From assembly GCF_018350175.1 (NCBI RefSeq), contig NC_058368.1, positions 44,518,001 to 44,582,000 on the forward strand: a DNA stretch of 64,000 nucleotides, read 5' to 3'. Positions 13,403 to 27,477 of this stretch are shown piece by piece. The stretch is from Felis catus (lineage: Eukaryota). The notes under the pieces were generated by a model that searched no databases, was not told where the DNA came from, and was given only the letters and a program-made list of their open reading frames with translations. Positions within the stretch are counted from its first letter, which is position 1, and each line of letters opens with the position of its first letter. A program made the translations under genes and the position numbers.

Positions 13403-16025
13403 CCTAAAATTTCATTCTTTTTATTATGTAGCTTCCACATAAAATTGGTAATTCTGTTGCAGGAATTGGACATGAGAAAGGTGACACCAGAGCAGAACTA
13501 TATTAATTCAATAATATCTATTTAGAATCCTTGAGCAGGGATCAATTAGGGGAGAAGACAAACACAATAATGTTTCAAAGGGATGCAGAATAATAAAATA
13601 TGCTGTAGTGCTATATCTAGGGGATCCACTAAACCAGTTGGCCATATTCATCAAGAACAGCACATTTCCCCAACCCATTTTCCAAGAGAAAGTATCTGAC
13701 CCACCTTGCCACTTTCCCTGGGTTTATATCTCTATTTTGTAGCATGCAAAACCAACTTGTTCAAAACAACTTCCCTCTTCAGCATAGCAATAGAAGTTTT
13801 AGACATTTATTTTGGCCTTTATATGGCATTGACTTTCTATGGCCACTGTCTGCATATCACCTTATGTTTCCATTTGCAATTTCACATCCCTGTACTTGCA
13901 GCAGAAATAACAACAACCATAATTTTATTTTAATACTAACCTTAAGGGGGTGAGAGAATTCAAATGGTCCTACTCCAATAAGGCATTATCAATATCAAAG
14001 CAGTTCCTGCCTATTATTAAAAACAAGAAAACTGGCCCAAAAAGGAGTCACTTATGCTTTTATTTTTTTTTAACACTAATAACTCTGAATCAGGTAGTAA
14101 CTTACAGGAATATGTGCTTCAGGACGATAAAAATGTTTAATTTTCAATGTAAGGCTGCTGAAAAGGAACCACTCTTGAGGTCCCAAAACAGTTTTCTTCA
14201 TATGAACACTGTAATGTAAAGTATTGATAGACAATTTAATTGGGTTAAGCCCCAAACACCCTGGATAAGGAAAGATTACTTTTAGGGAAAATAATGTCTT
14301 TGGTAAACTGTATCTGGAAATGACTGCATTGATGTTGATATTAATCTTTAAGTAACAGCCAAAAGTTCTAAATAGCTATACAAATATGTGTCTCATTAAT
14401 ACAGCTGTTAAACCTTGAAATTTCAAACTGTATGGATAATTCGAGAGTATCTCCCCCTCAAGTAAGAAAGCAATATATTTTTTCTTAAATGGTATTATAC
14501 CTATTTTTGCCTAGGAAAACTGTGTTTAATAATCAAAATGACCATAAAAAATGTTTAATGACCAAAAAAGTTTTTATGTGTAATTATACCTATTTTTCAA
14601 AGTATGTATCATATTCAAAAACAGTTCTCATTAAGATTATTTACACATGTTCCAGGACATAAAATCAGTATCTCCATACTTAAAAAGTGTCTAGAAAAAT
14701 AATTAAAATAAATGTTAGCATTTTTATTAGTAAATTCTATGGATGTTGATGTCAGTCTAGATATAATCTACTTCTGGTTATCCACACAAATAATACCAAA
14801 CAACAGGTAAATAATAAGAATAGCTTAATTTTATACTATTATTTTATTATTGTTCATTTTTTTCTCTAAATCTTACTGTTTTAGGAATTCAGACTTTCCT
14901 TAAATCTCTGTTGATACTCATTTCTCTTTATTTTATAAATGCAATCTAGAGGAATATTAAAAATAATTTTGAGAAGAAAGAATTGGAGGTATTACATAAA
15001 ATCCAAATTTTTATGGGGGTAACTAGGTCACTCTAGTATATAATAATAATAATAATAATCATTATTATTAATGAGGTTTCTTCAAGTTAATGTTTTCATT
15101 CTAAATTCCCAAAATATAAATAGATACATGCAAATGTCCTATATGCCAAGCAAGGTATTTGGTGATTTTGTAATATATGTCTCACTTTCTGACCTAACTT
15201 TGCTATTTATAAGCCACTGGGTCTTAATTAAGTTTTAAAATATCTTTAAATTTTGGTTCAATACTCAAAGTTAAAATGAATATACTGATTAGTATGTAAA
15301 TCCCTATTATTTCTGAGTAGTTAGTAAATATTAAGTGCCTATTGACATCTACATGTCTATACATCCTGCCACTCCAGTCATATAACAAGTATAATAACCA
15401 CATGAACCATTTCTGATTCCATGCACAAAACCTTTGGTAACTTTTGGTTTTATTAATAGCCTCAGTCTTATACTCAACATTCCACAGAATCTTATTATTA
15501 GGCAGGAAAAATCCTATGTATAAGTCTAGAACATAGAAAAATTAATACAAATATTTTAAGCACTACCAACATCGAACAACTATTCCCTGAGTTTATATAC
15601 AAGAATTTTAAATCCCAACATCAAGATATATTCTTTGGGTTAAGATAATCTGGGGGAGAGAAACTATACAAAGATGAATGTACTATTTCATACATTTGTC
15701 ACAATAAATCCATAGTACTCTGGTTGCTATGAATATAGTAGTGAACAAAATACACAAAATCCAAGTTTCATGGAATGTATAGCCTGACAAACTCAGGGGG
15801 ATGCATAAATAAATAAAATTGACTATTTAATAGTATCAGGCAGGCTGCATTAAGCTATGAACAAAATACAACAAAGAAAAAAATGTGACAAAAGTTGGTA
15901 AAGACTCTTGATAAGGTAAAATTTGAGCAAAAAAAAAATAAGTGAAGGAGCAAGTCATTCAGGTGTGGGAGAGTAATATTCTATGCATACAAACAGTAAG
16001 GTCCTTAAAAATTGGGGCTCAGATA

Positions 16026-16225
16026 CTTTTTGTTTGTTTTTAGAGAGAGAGAGAGAGCACAAGCAGAGGAGAGGAGAAGGGTAGAGGGAGGGAGAGAGAA
16101 TCTTAAGCAGACAGCAGGCTACATGCTCAGCACAGAGCCTGACGTGGGGCACAATCCCACAACCCTAGAATCATGACCTGAGCCAAAACCAAGAGTCGGA
16201 TGCACAACTGACTGAGCTAACGCCC
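16026..16225 (-). mobile_element. Can-SINE
   Basis: Reverse SINEC body (ATCATGACCTGAGCCAAA). Confidence 0.85.
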
Positions 16226-18117
16226 TGAAGTACAGAGATTCTTAAGGCATACAAGTTAAGTGTAGTATGGAGCTGGTGAAGGGTTTTAAGCAGGAAGCAG
16301 CACAATCACACTGATATTTTAAATATATACACAATAAATCATTACCATCTATAATGTAATATTATTTTTATTTATTTATTTTTTATTTTTATGGGAAAAT
16401 TGACAGCCTGTCTTGCATAGAGCACTATATACCAGACACCCCCATCCTCACAGATTTTATAGTGTATTAGAAATGGAAATGGGGGTGGGGCCGTGAGGAT
16501 GCAGATAAAGGTTCGTTATGATGCATGATGAAAGGTCAAAGGTAGTAATACACAGATGGTACGAGGAAATTACAAAAGAGAAACCCCAGCCATGAACATG
16601 TAATGCAGATAATGTGTATATGATACTAAAGGCAATTTAGTGTTATTGGAGTGTAAAATGTAAATATTGGTCTACAAAACATTCATATGATTAAGGAGAC
16701 TGGGATGTATCCAATAAAAATGGAGAGCCATCGAAGTACTTAGATAATTACTTAAAGTTTCATTTGATACACCACTCTGTCATAAGTGAGAGCTCAGATG
16801 TAAAAAAGAACCAATAAAGGAGGCAATAGTTGTTATTTTTTTTCAGTTATGACAGAACTGGGATCTGTAAGAGGGCAAAAGTAGTAAGGATAGAGGATAT
16901 GAATTGACTGCAAAAATACATGAAGAATAAAACCAGGGAAACTGATGATTAACCACAAGAGAAGATAGGGAAAAAAATAAGAAGTCAAGAATGACTTCTA
17001 GGTCTTAGGTTGTGTTAATAGATCAAACACAGTGCTGCCAGTAGAGAGAGAAAATACAGAAGAAATAGGCCCTAGGAGGAAGAATATTTGTTCAATTTTG
17101 ACATTTTTGAAGCTCCTCTGCGTTGCCTATGTTTGTACAGCAAGCAAACAGTTTGATTAATTAATCCTAGACTGCAAAGAGAGGTCTAGAAGGACAAATA
17201 CATTTGGAAAAAAGAGGCATATAATTAGCAGTTGAAACAATGTATATCAATGAAATCACTGAAAGGTAGTATATGAAGAAAGAAAAGCAGTGTTCAAGGA
17301 ACCAAATTTTAGAATGAATAAAGAGATCCTTGAGAGAGAAAGAGAGAGAACAGAGAGATAAGAACATTATGAACTTGAAAAACTGGAAGAATGAAGAGTT
17401 CTCACCATCAGGAAAGCTGAAGGAGTGTAAAATGTTAAGGAAGAGAGATCCTCCAAATTCCATAGTGAGCTTCTTAAGGGCAAGAGTTAATGCCTTTACT
17501 TCTGTTCTCTCAGGTCCTAGCATATACCCTGGAAAATAATGAACTCTAAGTACAAAGTTGATAGAATGAATAATAAGAAAAGAAATAAAAGTAAAGATAT
17601 ACATTTATTTTTTTTTTTCAAATACAAGGACTACTAGATGGCTGACGAACATGTAGATTCCAGTAGTGCTCCCTAACAGGGAAGCTAGGAGAATTACGAG
17701 CATTTATCTATCCTGTGACCCCTCCATCTATTTTACAACTACCTCTACTACCCTACCAGATTTGTACACCAGAGAAAGGAAACATTTTTGAGGAAAATAT
17801 GCAAAATTAAAAATTTTTAAAGATAAAAGCTCATCCAAGTATTTATCATTCTCACAGTTAGAAATAAGTTGAGTCAAAAAGAGTAACATTTAAAATCAAG
17901 GAAAGAAACAGAAGAGTTCAAATTCAGCAACCTTAAAATAGGAAGCCATCATGACAAGCTTCACAGGTTGGAGGAGTATAGTACTTCAGAATTATTCCTT
18001 TGTAGAATGGGGAGCGGTCATTCAGCATTTAAGTGTCTGGATTACTATGATTATTATCTAGCCTTGAGACTGATACATTCTTACCATGCCACAGTGGCAA
18101 AACTCAGTTGCACAACA

Positions 18118-18327
18118 TTTTTTTTTAACGTTTATTTATTTTTGAGACAGGGAGAGACAGCATGAACGGGGGAGGGTCAGAGACAGAGGGAGACACTGAA
18201 TCAGAAACAGGCTCCAGGCTCTGAGCTGTCAGCACAGAGCCTGATGCGAGGCTCGAACTCACGGACCGCGAGATCATGACCTGAGCCAAAGTTGGATGCT
18301 TAACCGACTGAGCCACCCAGGCGCCCC
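18118..18327 (-). mobile_element. Can-SINE (SINEC_Fc), low divergence
   Basis: Ends CCACCCAGGCGCCCC; TSD TGCACAACATTTTTT. Confidence 0.95.
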
Positions 18328-18434
18328 TGCACAACATTTTTTAAGCATATTAGGTTTAGCAGCTACTTTTTGGGTTTGGGGCCCACCTGAAATCTTCATG
18401 CAGCAGTGCTAGCCATTTAAAAACAAAGTGCTTT

Positions 18435-18610
18435 GAGGCCCTGGGTGGCTCACTCAGTTAAATGTCTGACTTCAGCTCAGGTCATGATCTCACAGTTCAT
18501 GGGTTCGAGTCCTGCATTGGGCTCTGTGCTGACAGTTCAGAGCCTGGAGCTTCTTCATATTGTGCCTCTCCTCCCACCCTCTTCTCATCCTCTCTCTCTC
18601 TCTCAAAAAT

Positions 18611-18650
<40 letters not shown>
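18435..18650 (+). mobile_element. Can-SINE with (CA)n tail
   Basis: CCTGGGTGGCTCA head; AAAGTGCTT on both flanks. Confidence 0.85.
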
Positions 18651-18655
<5 letters not shown>

Positions 18656-18956
18656 TGCTTGCTTTGTATAACCTACCTCTTCAAATGTAAAAAAATAAAA
18701 ATTAAAAAAAAAAAGGATACCCTTGCTTCTGGAATATTCACTTTACTGAAACTCCAGTTTCCATTTTCTCACCACCTCTCAAGATTTTCCTAATTTAATA
18801 AACACTGCTAAACATGTAGCACCTCCATTTTGCCAGTCAATTCTTCTACCTAAACATGTTTTGACCCAGTAATAATTTTAGTTATCCATAGATATAGAAT
18901 ACAATTTGTGTAAATGCCATTAACACAATGCATCAAAAGTATACAAATCATGATGT

Positions 18957-19029
18957 TTTTTGTTTTTTTAATATTATTTTTTTATTTTAGAGAGAGGGAA
19001 TGCAAGGTGGGGATAGGGTGAGAGGGAGG

Positions 19030-19090
<61 letters not shown>

Positions 19091-19214
19091 TCTTAAGCAG
19101 GCTCCATGTTCAGCACAGAGGCCAAGGCAGGGCTCAATCCCATTATCCTGGAATCATGACCTGAGCCAAAATCGAGAATAAGATTCTTAAGCAACTGAGC
19201 CACCAAAGCACCCC
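18957..19214 (-). mobile_element. Can-SINE with long (GA)n
   Basis: Reverse SINEC body; TSD TATACAAAWCATGATGTT. Confidence 0.85.
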
Positions 19215-19593
19215 TATACAAAACATGATGTTAGACACTATATACATACAATGGGATAAAAATAATTTTCTATACATGCCACAAACTGAAAACACAGTTC
19301 AGAATAAGTTTTTTAAAAGTCTGATGAAACTGTTTCCATTTTTCCTATACTTAGATTCTCAAGAAAGAAAAGACAAAATAATAAGTTTTACTATCTTTCT
19401 AAATTTAACTAGAACTTTATGCTTATTATTGTACATTTTATTTATTTCCCTTAACTTTACATTAGAAATACTATACTGAATATCCACCAGATGTCAGTAT
19501 ATGCATGCAAATGTTTTACTATGAAAAAACAAGTGCTAGCAAAGATAAGCCAAATCTTTTATTAAAATGTACTCTTACAAGAAATATAAAGTA

Positions 19594-19810
19594 GGGGTGC
19601 CTGGGTGGCTCAGTTGGTTAAGTGTCCAAGTTCAGCTCAGGTCATGATCTCACAGTCTGTGGGTTTCAGCCCCACATTGAGCTCTGTGCTGACAGCTCAG
19701 AGCCTGGAGTCTACTTTGGATTCTGTGTCTCCCTCTTTTTCCATCTCTCTAATGCTCATGCTCTGTCTCCCTCTCTCTCAAAAATAAATAAACATTAAAA
19801 CAATTTTAAA
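19594..19810 (+). mobile_element. Can-SINE
   Basis: GGGGTGCCTGGGTGGCTCAG head, A tail. Confidence 0.9.
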
Positions 19811-20527
19811 AATATACAGTAAATGCCTTTTCTTTGAAAACTTAAAATTCTTTAATTATCTATACTGTATTCATATATCATTGAAAATCATCTTTGAAGT
19901 TTTATTCTAGCCAAATATAATACATTTGTTAATTTGAAACTTTTTTCTGGTGCCTTATGAAATATTTGCATTTAAGAAACATAATAATACATTTCATAAA
20001 ATAATATTTAAGAAACTTAGCTAGACAATTATCATTTGAAATTCTTTACAGAAATGAATGCAAAAAACTTTTAGTTAATAAAACTTTACACCCGGAAAAT
20101 TACAGAAAATTATTTGAAAATCCAGTCAAACAATAAGGTTACCATATAAAATAACCAAGTACAAAATTATGGGATAAAAATATCTTAATTTTCCTATATC
20201 CAAGTTAAAAACAGAAAATGCCAGAAGTAAAACATTTCATTGTACATAGGGGAAAAAAGCATATGTAAGAGGAAAAAGAGAAGTGTATTGTACCCATCTG
20301 AGGAGTAATTGAAAACTACTTGAAAACATTAAACAGTACTAAAAAAATAATTGTGAGAAAGGATTAGTCACTGTGGGGAAAAAATGTTGTTCTTCCTACA
20401 TTAAACTGTGTCTCTAATGACATACCAATTAAAATGTCATTAGATATCATGAGTATTGTTAAAATTTCACTAAAATTATATTAAATTCTACTTTAAGAAA
20501 AGTTTAACCCTACAATTACTAGAAATT

Positions 20528-20748
20528 CTTTTTTAATTTTTTTAATGTTTTTATTTATTTTTGAGAGGGAGAGAGACAGAACATGAGCAGGGGAGGGGCA
20601 GAGAGAGAGGGAGACACAGAATCTGAAGTGGGCTCCAGGCTCCAAGCTGTCAGCGCAGAGCCCAACCTGGGGCTCGAACTCGCGGACTGTGAGATCGTGA
20701 CCTTAGCCGAAGTCTGACGCTTAACTGACTGAGTCACCCAGGCACCCC
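20528..20748 (-). mobile_element. Can-SINE
   Basis: Reverse body; TSD ACAATTACTAGAAATTCTT. Confidence 0.92.
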
Positions 20749-21059
20749 AACAATTACTAGAAATTCTTATAAAGCTGTAATTATTTTTGAAAAATAAGCT
20801 TTGAGGAAGAAGCCTATGAATGAAAGTAAGTAGAATCCATAAATTTACCCAAAATGAAAATTCTGGTTATTGGATGATAAAAGTGGTGTGTCAGTGAAGA
20901 AAATATCTGTTATTCAATAAATATTCTTAAGATAACTGGCCTGCCATAAAAATAAGTAAATAAACAACTAAGCTTCATAAGAGTAAATATAAATATAGAT
21001 ACCTGAATTTACATTCTGGAAATATATTCAGGAAAAGTATTGCAATGTTGATTTCTGAA

Positions 21060-21265
21060 AATTTTTTTATGTTTATTTATTTTTGAGAGAGAGAAAGAAC
21101 ATTAGTGGAGGAGGGGCAGAGAGAGAGGGAGACAAAGAATCTGAAGCAGGCTCCAGGCTCTGAGATGTCAGCACAGAGCCCGACACCAGGCTTGAACTCA
21201 CGAATCACAAGATCATGTCCTGAGCCAAAGTCAGAAGCTTAACCCACTGACCCACCCACGCACCC
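21060..21265 (-). mobile_element. Can-SINE
   Basis: Reverse body; TGCAATGTTGATT on both flanks. Confidence 0.88.
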
Positions 21266-22334
21266 TGCAATGTTGATTATCTAGAGGCTTTTTATCATTT
21301 TTCATTTTTATGTATTAGTTTTATAGGCTTAAAATGCAAAGAATTAAAAATGTTATGTTGTCCTGTTTTAGTGAAAACAGAAGTTAGCAAAATATGAAGG
21401 GATAAATACAATTTTGAAATAATAAATTATAAGATAATATGATAAATATATATGTTAACATAACATTGAGCAAAGAAGTTAATAAACTGGAAGAATGTGA
21501 AGAGATCAAGAAAATGAAACCATAGTTATGGGGGAAATAAGAATAGATAATTGAACAAGGGAATACACTGTCATAATCATAGGGAAAAAAAGTTATCCTT
21601 TATGGATTTTAGTAGTCAGTTTTGACAAGCTTCAGGCACCATTCCAAAAGCAATAAGATTTTAAGACACTGGACTTTTTCTAACTGAAACTTTTACTACT
21701 CACTGTGCAGTAATACCTTAATATACAGTGTGTGATTCAGTCAGTTTTTCATTCAAATTCATATGCTGAGTTCCCACTATGTGTCAAGAATTGTACGAGA
21801 AAGTCTGTAAATACTTGAGTACAGAAATAGGCATTTCTGCCTTGGGACTGATAGCATTTATACATGATGTATTCAGACTGAGGAAGTTGTACAGAGAACC
21901 AATAACTAAAGCTTTCCTATTCAGAACTTAAACGTTTTTCCAACCTAGGTATTTAACATATTTAAAGCCATATTTCATAAAATATTTTCCCTAGTCTTCA
22001 GTCTTCTGACCACCACCCTGTAATGTGCACATGACTTAACCTAGAGTTTTACAATATTGCATATCCTCTGTGGTTTTTTTACTACCACTTCCTTCTCCAT
22101 CCACACTCTATATTCCTCTATTGTCTCTTCCTTATCGTCTATGTCAAGAAGAATATGCTTTTTTGCTAAAGCTGCCATTTTCTCACGTATCATAGAGTCT
22201 AACTTCTCTTAACACTTCTGAAAAACTGTTCAGTCTGTTATACCCTAGTCCTTTCATTTTCTGTATCTCTCAACATAAAATAAATCTTCGCAGGGGAGAA
22301 AAGTACAATAAATTTTCCAATTTAAACACCCATA

Positions 22335-22545
22335 GGGGCACTTGGGTGACTTAGTTAATCGTCTGACTTTGGCTCAGGTCATGATTTCACTGTTCCCAAG
22401 TTCAAGCCTCGCATTGGGCTCTGTGCTAACAGCTCAGAGCCTGGAGCCTGCTTCAGAGTCTGTCTCCCTCTCTCTCTCTGCCCCTTCCCCACTCATTCTC
22501 GCTCTCTCTCTCTCTCAAAAATAAATAAACATTAAAAAATTTTTA
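22335..22545 (+). mobile_element. Can-SINE
   Basis: GGGGCACTTGGGTG head; TTTAAACAYCCATA on both flanks. Confidence 0.88.
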
Positions 22546-22743
22546 AACATCCATAAACACACATGCATACACATACATCACTATCCTAGATATACTTTGA
22601 AATTAATATATTTTCCTTTTTCCTTTTATAATAGCTCCATAATTTTCATCTTCTTACCCACTATTAATTTCTTAATCTCTTTCTCCAGTTTTTATGTGAT
22701 AAACATTTTACATAAAAATTAATCTATTGAATATGACATTCCA

Positions 22744-22935
22744 CATATGTATATATATGTATGTATCTATATATATACATATATGTATATATATACATAT
22801 ATAGGTATATACGTATATATACGTATACATATACATATATATGTATATACGTATATATATGTATATACATATATATACGTATATACCTATATACGTATAT
22901 ACATATATAGAATGTATGTATACACATACACACAT
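22744..22935. repeat. Complex (TA/TG/CA/TACG) alternating purine-pyrimidine tract
   Basis: Direct read. Confidence 0.95.
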
Positions 22936-23099
22936 ATGCTATTTTTTTCTGAGTGAACAGATATTTCCATACTCTTGCAAAATGTTTATTACATCAAGAA
23001 AGACTGAGGATAAAAATGTCATTGAGATTTCCATTAAACAGAAAATCATTGTTTTTAAAAAGTTAAAGATTAACTGGATTTATCTTAATGTACAGTTAT

Positions 23100-24040
23100 T
23101 ATTTAATCATTCCTAAATTTACTGAAGGTTGTTTTTTGTGGCAAGGTTTCTCCACGTAAAATTAGTGTTTTTCCATTTATGATTAATAAAGACTTGGTTT
23201 TAAGGAGATATTTTGAAACTCTAAATATCCTGTTGCTCTTTATATTTGAACACTAGTTTTAGCATCCATCTGGGGATCGTGCCCATAGCAAATGTTCTTC
23301 TTGTGGTGTTCCAATGGTGACTTTTTATTTTATTCATTCTTTATATATTCATCACTTTGAATTCTTCTGTACAAAATAGATATCCTTTCTCCCACATATA
23401 TTTTTATTGAATTATTTTTATATCAGTATGGATTCATAGATATTTTCTTAGTTGATTATAATCCAATACTATTATTATTTACTTTGTGGCTCAAATTGTT
23501 TCAGCTATGGCTATTGGGACCTTTTAATTTGCTCCTGTGTCTCTTCAATATAACCCAACTTTCAATTTTTTTTAAAGCACTTTTTTTCTGTCACTGCAAG
23601 ATTCTCTGGACTTATCTTGCATTCTCTGTTCCTTGGCAGGAATCATCCATTTCTCCAAGTAGTCCAGGTACACATTTTTGCAGAGTAGTATTAGAAATAA
23701 AGATCTGGATGCTATATGTGCTCATCATTACTGGGGTGTCACCAAATCTAAGCTCTTTCAGTTGGTAGAGCTAAGAAACACATGTATGTATGCTAACCCC
23801 ACGTACACACATCTGTATTTCTATATCGAATGTATATTAAAAGAGCAACAGTACATTAAAGCATGAGTTCACACTGATATCTGACTCTAACCCAGCATCA
23901 CAGAGCTCATTCTACACTCTCTGCCCACCCACCTACCCCAGTCCCCTCCACTCCTTATTTATAATTTGTTTCTCCAACAATGAGAAACCTGGAGCCCATT
24001 ACCTACAATATATTTACTGATTTGTTAAACCTTCTATATT
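23100..24040 (-). mobile_element. Old L1M (L1MC/L1MD-like) 3' fragment
   Basis: Degenerate similarity to recalled L1M 3'-end consensus in reverse orientation. Confidence 0.5.
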
Positions 24041-24574
24041 TATTGATTTTACAGAAGCAATTAGACTATGTAAAAGGACCTTTAATAGAGGAGATCTGCG
24101 TTGGCTGAATATGTTATTGTTTCCAATGAAGTGGAGGCCACATGACTTAAGTTATCCAATGTTAGTTATAAAATTTTCTGGGCAAGACAAACATTAAATT
24201 TGCAACTGTAAGTGAACATACTTTTGAGGAGAACAATTTAGGTACTTTGTTAGAAATTATTTGGATAATGTTTCAATCTCATAAATAATTTAGTTGTTTT
24301 GTTTTGTTTTGTTTTGTTTTGTTTTGTTAGAAAGAGCCAGCAATGAAGAGCCTCAGGTGACTGAATTTGGAGAGAAATGATTTGTCTGTCTGGATGGTTA
24401 GATTTTTAAGTTGTCATAAGACAAGAAAAAAAGTCCACAAAAATTATACAGAAAGGCCACTAGTATTAAAGGGAAATTTTATGAAATATTTTTGGAGAAG
24501 AACTAAGAGAAGAGTGTGATAAAGCTTTGCCTCTGGGCTATAGAGTCTTCCAATCAAACATAATCTAATTAAGT

Positions 24575-25035
24575 AAAGAAATCCCCCTTATCCATGGGGG
24601 ATACCTTCCAAGACCCTTAGTGGATATTTAAAACAATGGATACCGTTGAACCCTATACATACTATGCTTTTGTCCTATGGTACCTTTTACATACATACCT
24701 ACAGTAAAGTTTAATTTATAAATTAGGCATAGTAAGAGATTAACAATAATAACTAATAACAAAACATAACACCTATAACAATATATGGTAATAGAAGTCA
24801 TGTGAATGTGATCTCTTTCTCAAAATATCTTATTATACTATATTTACCCCTCTTATTCTTGTGATGATGTGATATGATAAAAAGCCTACATGATAAGATG
24901 AAGTGAGGTGAATAACAGAAGCATTGTGATGTAGGTTAGGTTACCATTCACCTTCTGACCTTTCCAGATCATAGCTGACCACAGGTAACTGAAATTGTGG
25001 AAAGTGAAACCACAGATAAGGGGTTAACTACTGTA
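24575..25035 (+). mobile_element. MER44/Tigger7-type non-autonomous DNA transposon
   Basis: Inverted ends CCCCCTTATCC...GATAAGGGG..CTACTG followed by TA; internal AAAGTTTAATTTATAAATTAGGCA motif. Confidence 0.8.
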
Positions 25036-26558
25036 AATCTTCTAGTCTCTTCCTAATGTCTTCTCAATATTTTCCCTTTGTTATTTGTTTTTATTAACCT
25101 CTCAGTAAAATTAAACACATCAAGTGTTACTTTTTTTTCTCAAAAATACAACATAGATAGTAAATTACATCACAGAAAGGCTGGCTCTAGGTTGTCTGTC
25201 ATCATTCATGAAAGTCAACTTATTTGTATTAAAAATGTTTTCTTATAGCATAAGCTTTTCCTTTTAAAACTTTAGATATATTATACTAATGCACAATGAC
25301 ATTGATGCTACAGAACAGAACAATAATGAAGAATATGTGGTGGTGGTTTTATAGATAGCTACATTTTTGTTAGGCTATCTTGGTGATGGATTGCCTTGCT
25401 CAAGAGTAAGGTCTTCAAGTTGAAAGAGGTCTATATTTAATTTCATTGTATGTTTCAATTTTTAGTTTTCTAATCCTTTAAAGAAAGATAATTAAATATA
25501 TACATATATCATAAGAATTGAATGACTAATATAAAGTGCACAGTATAATCCATATAGTATTTAACCAATAATTTAATACATGTTATAAACAGAATTTTTA
25601 ATACACAGTAATACATATTTGTTTATACACATTAATCAGTATGTAAAACAACTGTTTATTCTGGAAGAGTATTTATTATATATGCATAGTCACATTACAT
25701 TTTGCATTGAGAAATTTCTCCATTTATACCTTTAGATAATGTTGTTCTATAAATTTTCTCATCCTCACCTTCACTATTCACTCACACACACACACACACA
25801 CACACATACACATTTAGGAATAAGAATTATCCATTAGTTGAATCTGTATTTTCTTTTCTCTAGATTTATCATCATCTCCATCACAATTTTAATCTCTTTG
25901 TAATTTTTTCTTCAAACTTTAAAAGAATGCTTTAGGTTGTTCTTTATATCTCTGATGTAATTTTCCACATTGTCAAATCTGTTCTTTATAATTCAAATGA
26001 GAATGTTCACTGTTACTGCATTTTCATTCCTTTTAGTTCATTTTCTTGAAGATTTTACCATTTACCCTTATATGTAATCAATTATCTCCTTAAAATTTAC
26101 TATCCATTTCATCTTTTTTCATGAAAACACTACTTTATTTTATCCTATAGGGAATGCCCAAAAATATTGTCTAGAAATACATATATACTTATGTGTTTAT
26201 GTATATATTCTTATATATACATATACCTGTACACAGACATGCACGCACACGCTTATGTGTATCATGCTAAGAGTAAGTCCTTACATGTATTAAGGGACAC
26301 TGGTATGGCATCTTGTAGTTGCATCATTAGTGCAGTTCTGCTCATCTGAAATGGGAAACCCGCTTTGTTACAACTTTGCGTCTGATATTCTGAACTGATA
26401 CTATACTTACATGACTACAACCCCTGGCACACAGCTATGTCCTGTCTGCAGTCTTGCCTAGAATGCTCTGATTTGTAATCTGTGCTTATGTGAATGTAGA
26501 ATGTCTTCTGTACTATTTCCTGTTCCCTGCACAGTTGCTTTATGAGAGTAGTATTTAA

Positions 26559-26972
26559 GTGATGGCAGAATATGGCACCCCAAAATATGTCACATCAGCA
26601 AAGGGTTATTTTGAGCTAAAGACATTTGAAAAACAACAAATGTAAGAAGCATTCTCATCTCCCCTTTGTTCTCAAAGATAGATAAAATTCCACGTGAAAT
26701 ATGTCCTCCATATATCAGAAGGAAAGTAAAGTAATTTTTAGTAAGGATGAGAAGTTGAGACCAAGAGAATTCTTCTCAAAAAGACCTTGTTAAAATGGTT
26801 CTTCTCTTCCTTTATCCTCACCATATTTCCAGTTATTCCAGGTTTAACTGCTTCTTTTGGTCATTTCCTTTGGAGGGCTCCCTGTCATGTAAAATTTATA
26901 TTTGTATACTTTTCTCATGCCTTGTGTTATGAATGCCTAAAATGCGTAGAGAAAAAATTTTCCTCCCCTACA
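26559..26972 (+). mobile_element. Solo LTR, ERV1 class (MER34-like)
   Basis: Starts TG..GGCAGAATATGGCACCCCAAAATATG and ends TTTCCTCCCCTACA. Confidence 0.55.
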
Positions 26973-27031
26973 TTATTCTTCAAGTACATGGAGAAACAAG
27001 ATGCTTATGACTGAGATACACAATATCCTGG

Positions 27032-27477
27032 TGTGATGGGCCGAATAATGACCTCCCAAAGATACCTACATCTTGACCCACAGAACCTGTGATTATATTC
27101 CCTTAACATGGCAAAGGAATTCACTTGATGCGATTGAATTAAGGATCTTAAAATGGGGAGATTATTTTGGGTTGTCCAAGAAGGCCCAATACAATCAAAA
27201 GATTCCTCATAATGGAAAGAGAGAGGCAGGAGAGTGAGAGAGAAATAAATGTTACCACAAAAGCAGAGTTTGAAGTAACATGTAAACACAATTCAAGGAA
27301 TGCAGGCAGTCTCTATACACTGAAAAAAGTAAAGAAATTGATTCTCCTTTCAAGCTTCCAGAAGGTACTTCCTACCTATTTTAGACTTCTGAGTTCCAGA
27401 ACTATAACAGTTTGATACTGTTTTAAACTACTAACTTGGTTTCTAATTTGTTACAGCAGTAATAGGAAAGTAATACA
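27032..27477 (+). mobile_element. MaLR solo LTR (MLT1C/D-like)
   Basis: TGTGATGGGCCGAATAATGACCTCCCAAAGAT start; AATTTGTTACAGCAGTAATAGGAAAGTAATACA end. Confidence 0.8.

Noticed and set aside
13237..13525. K/E/R-rich and F/S-rich ORFs
   Set aside because: Produced by the (GAAA)n/(GAAAA)n microsatellite.
17167..17604. 145-aa hydrophobic - strand ORF
   Set aside because: Antisense of purine-rich, low-complexity sequence, with no recognisable domain or splice context.
22708..23116. Overlapping Y/I-rich ORFs (also 10444-10823)
   Set aside because: Produced by TA-type simple repeats.
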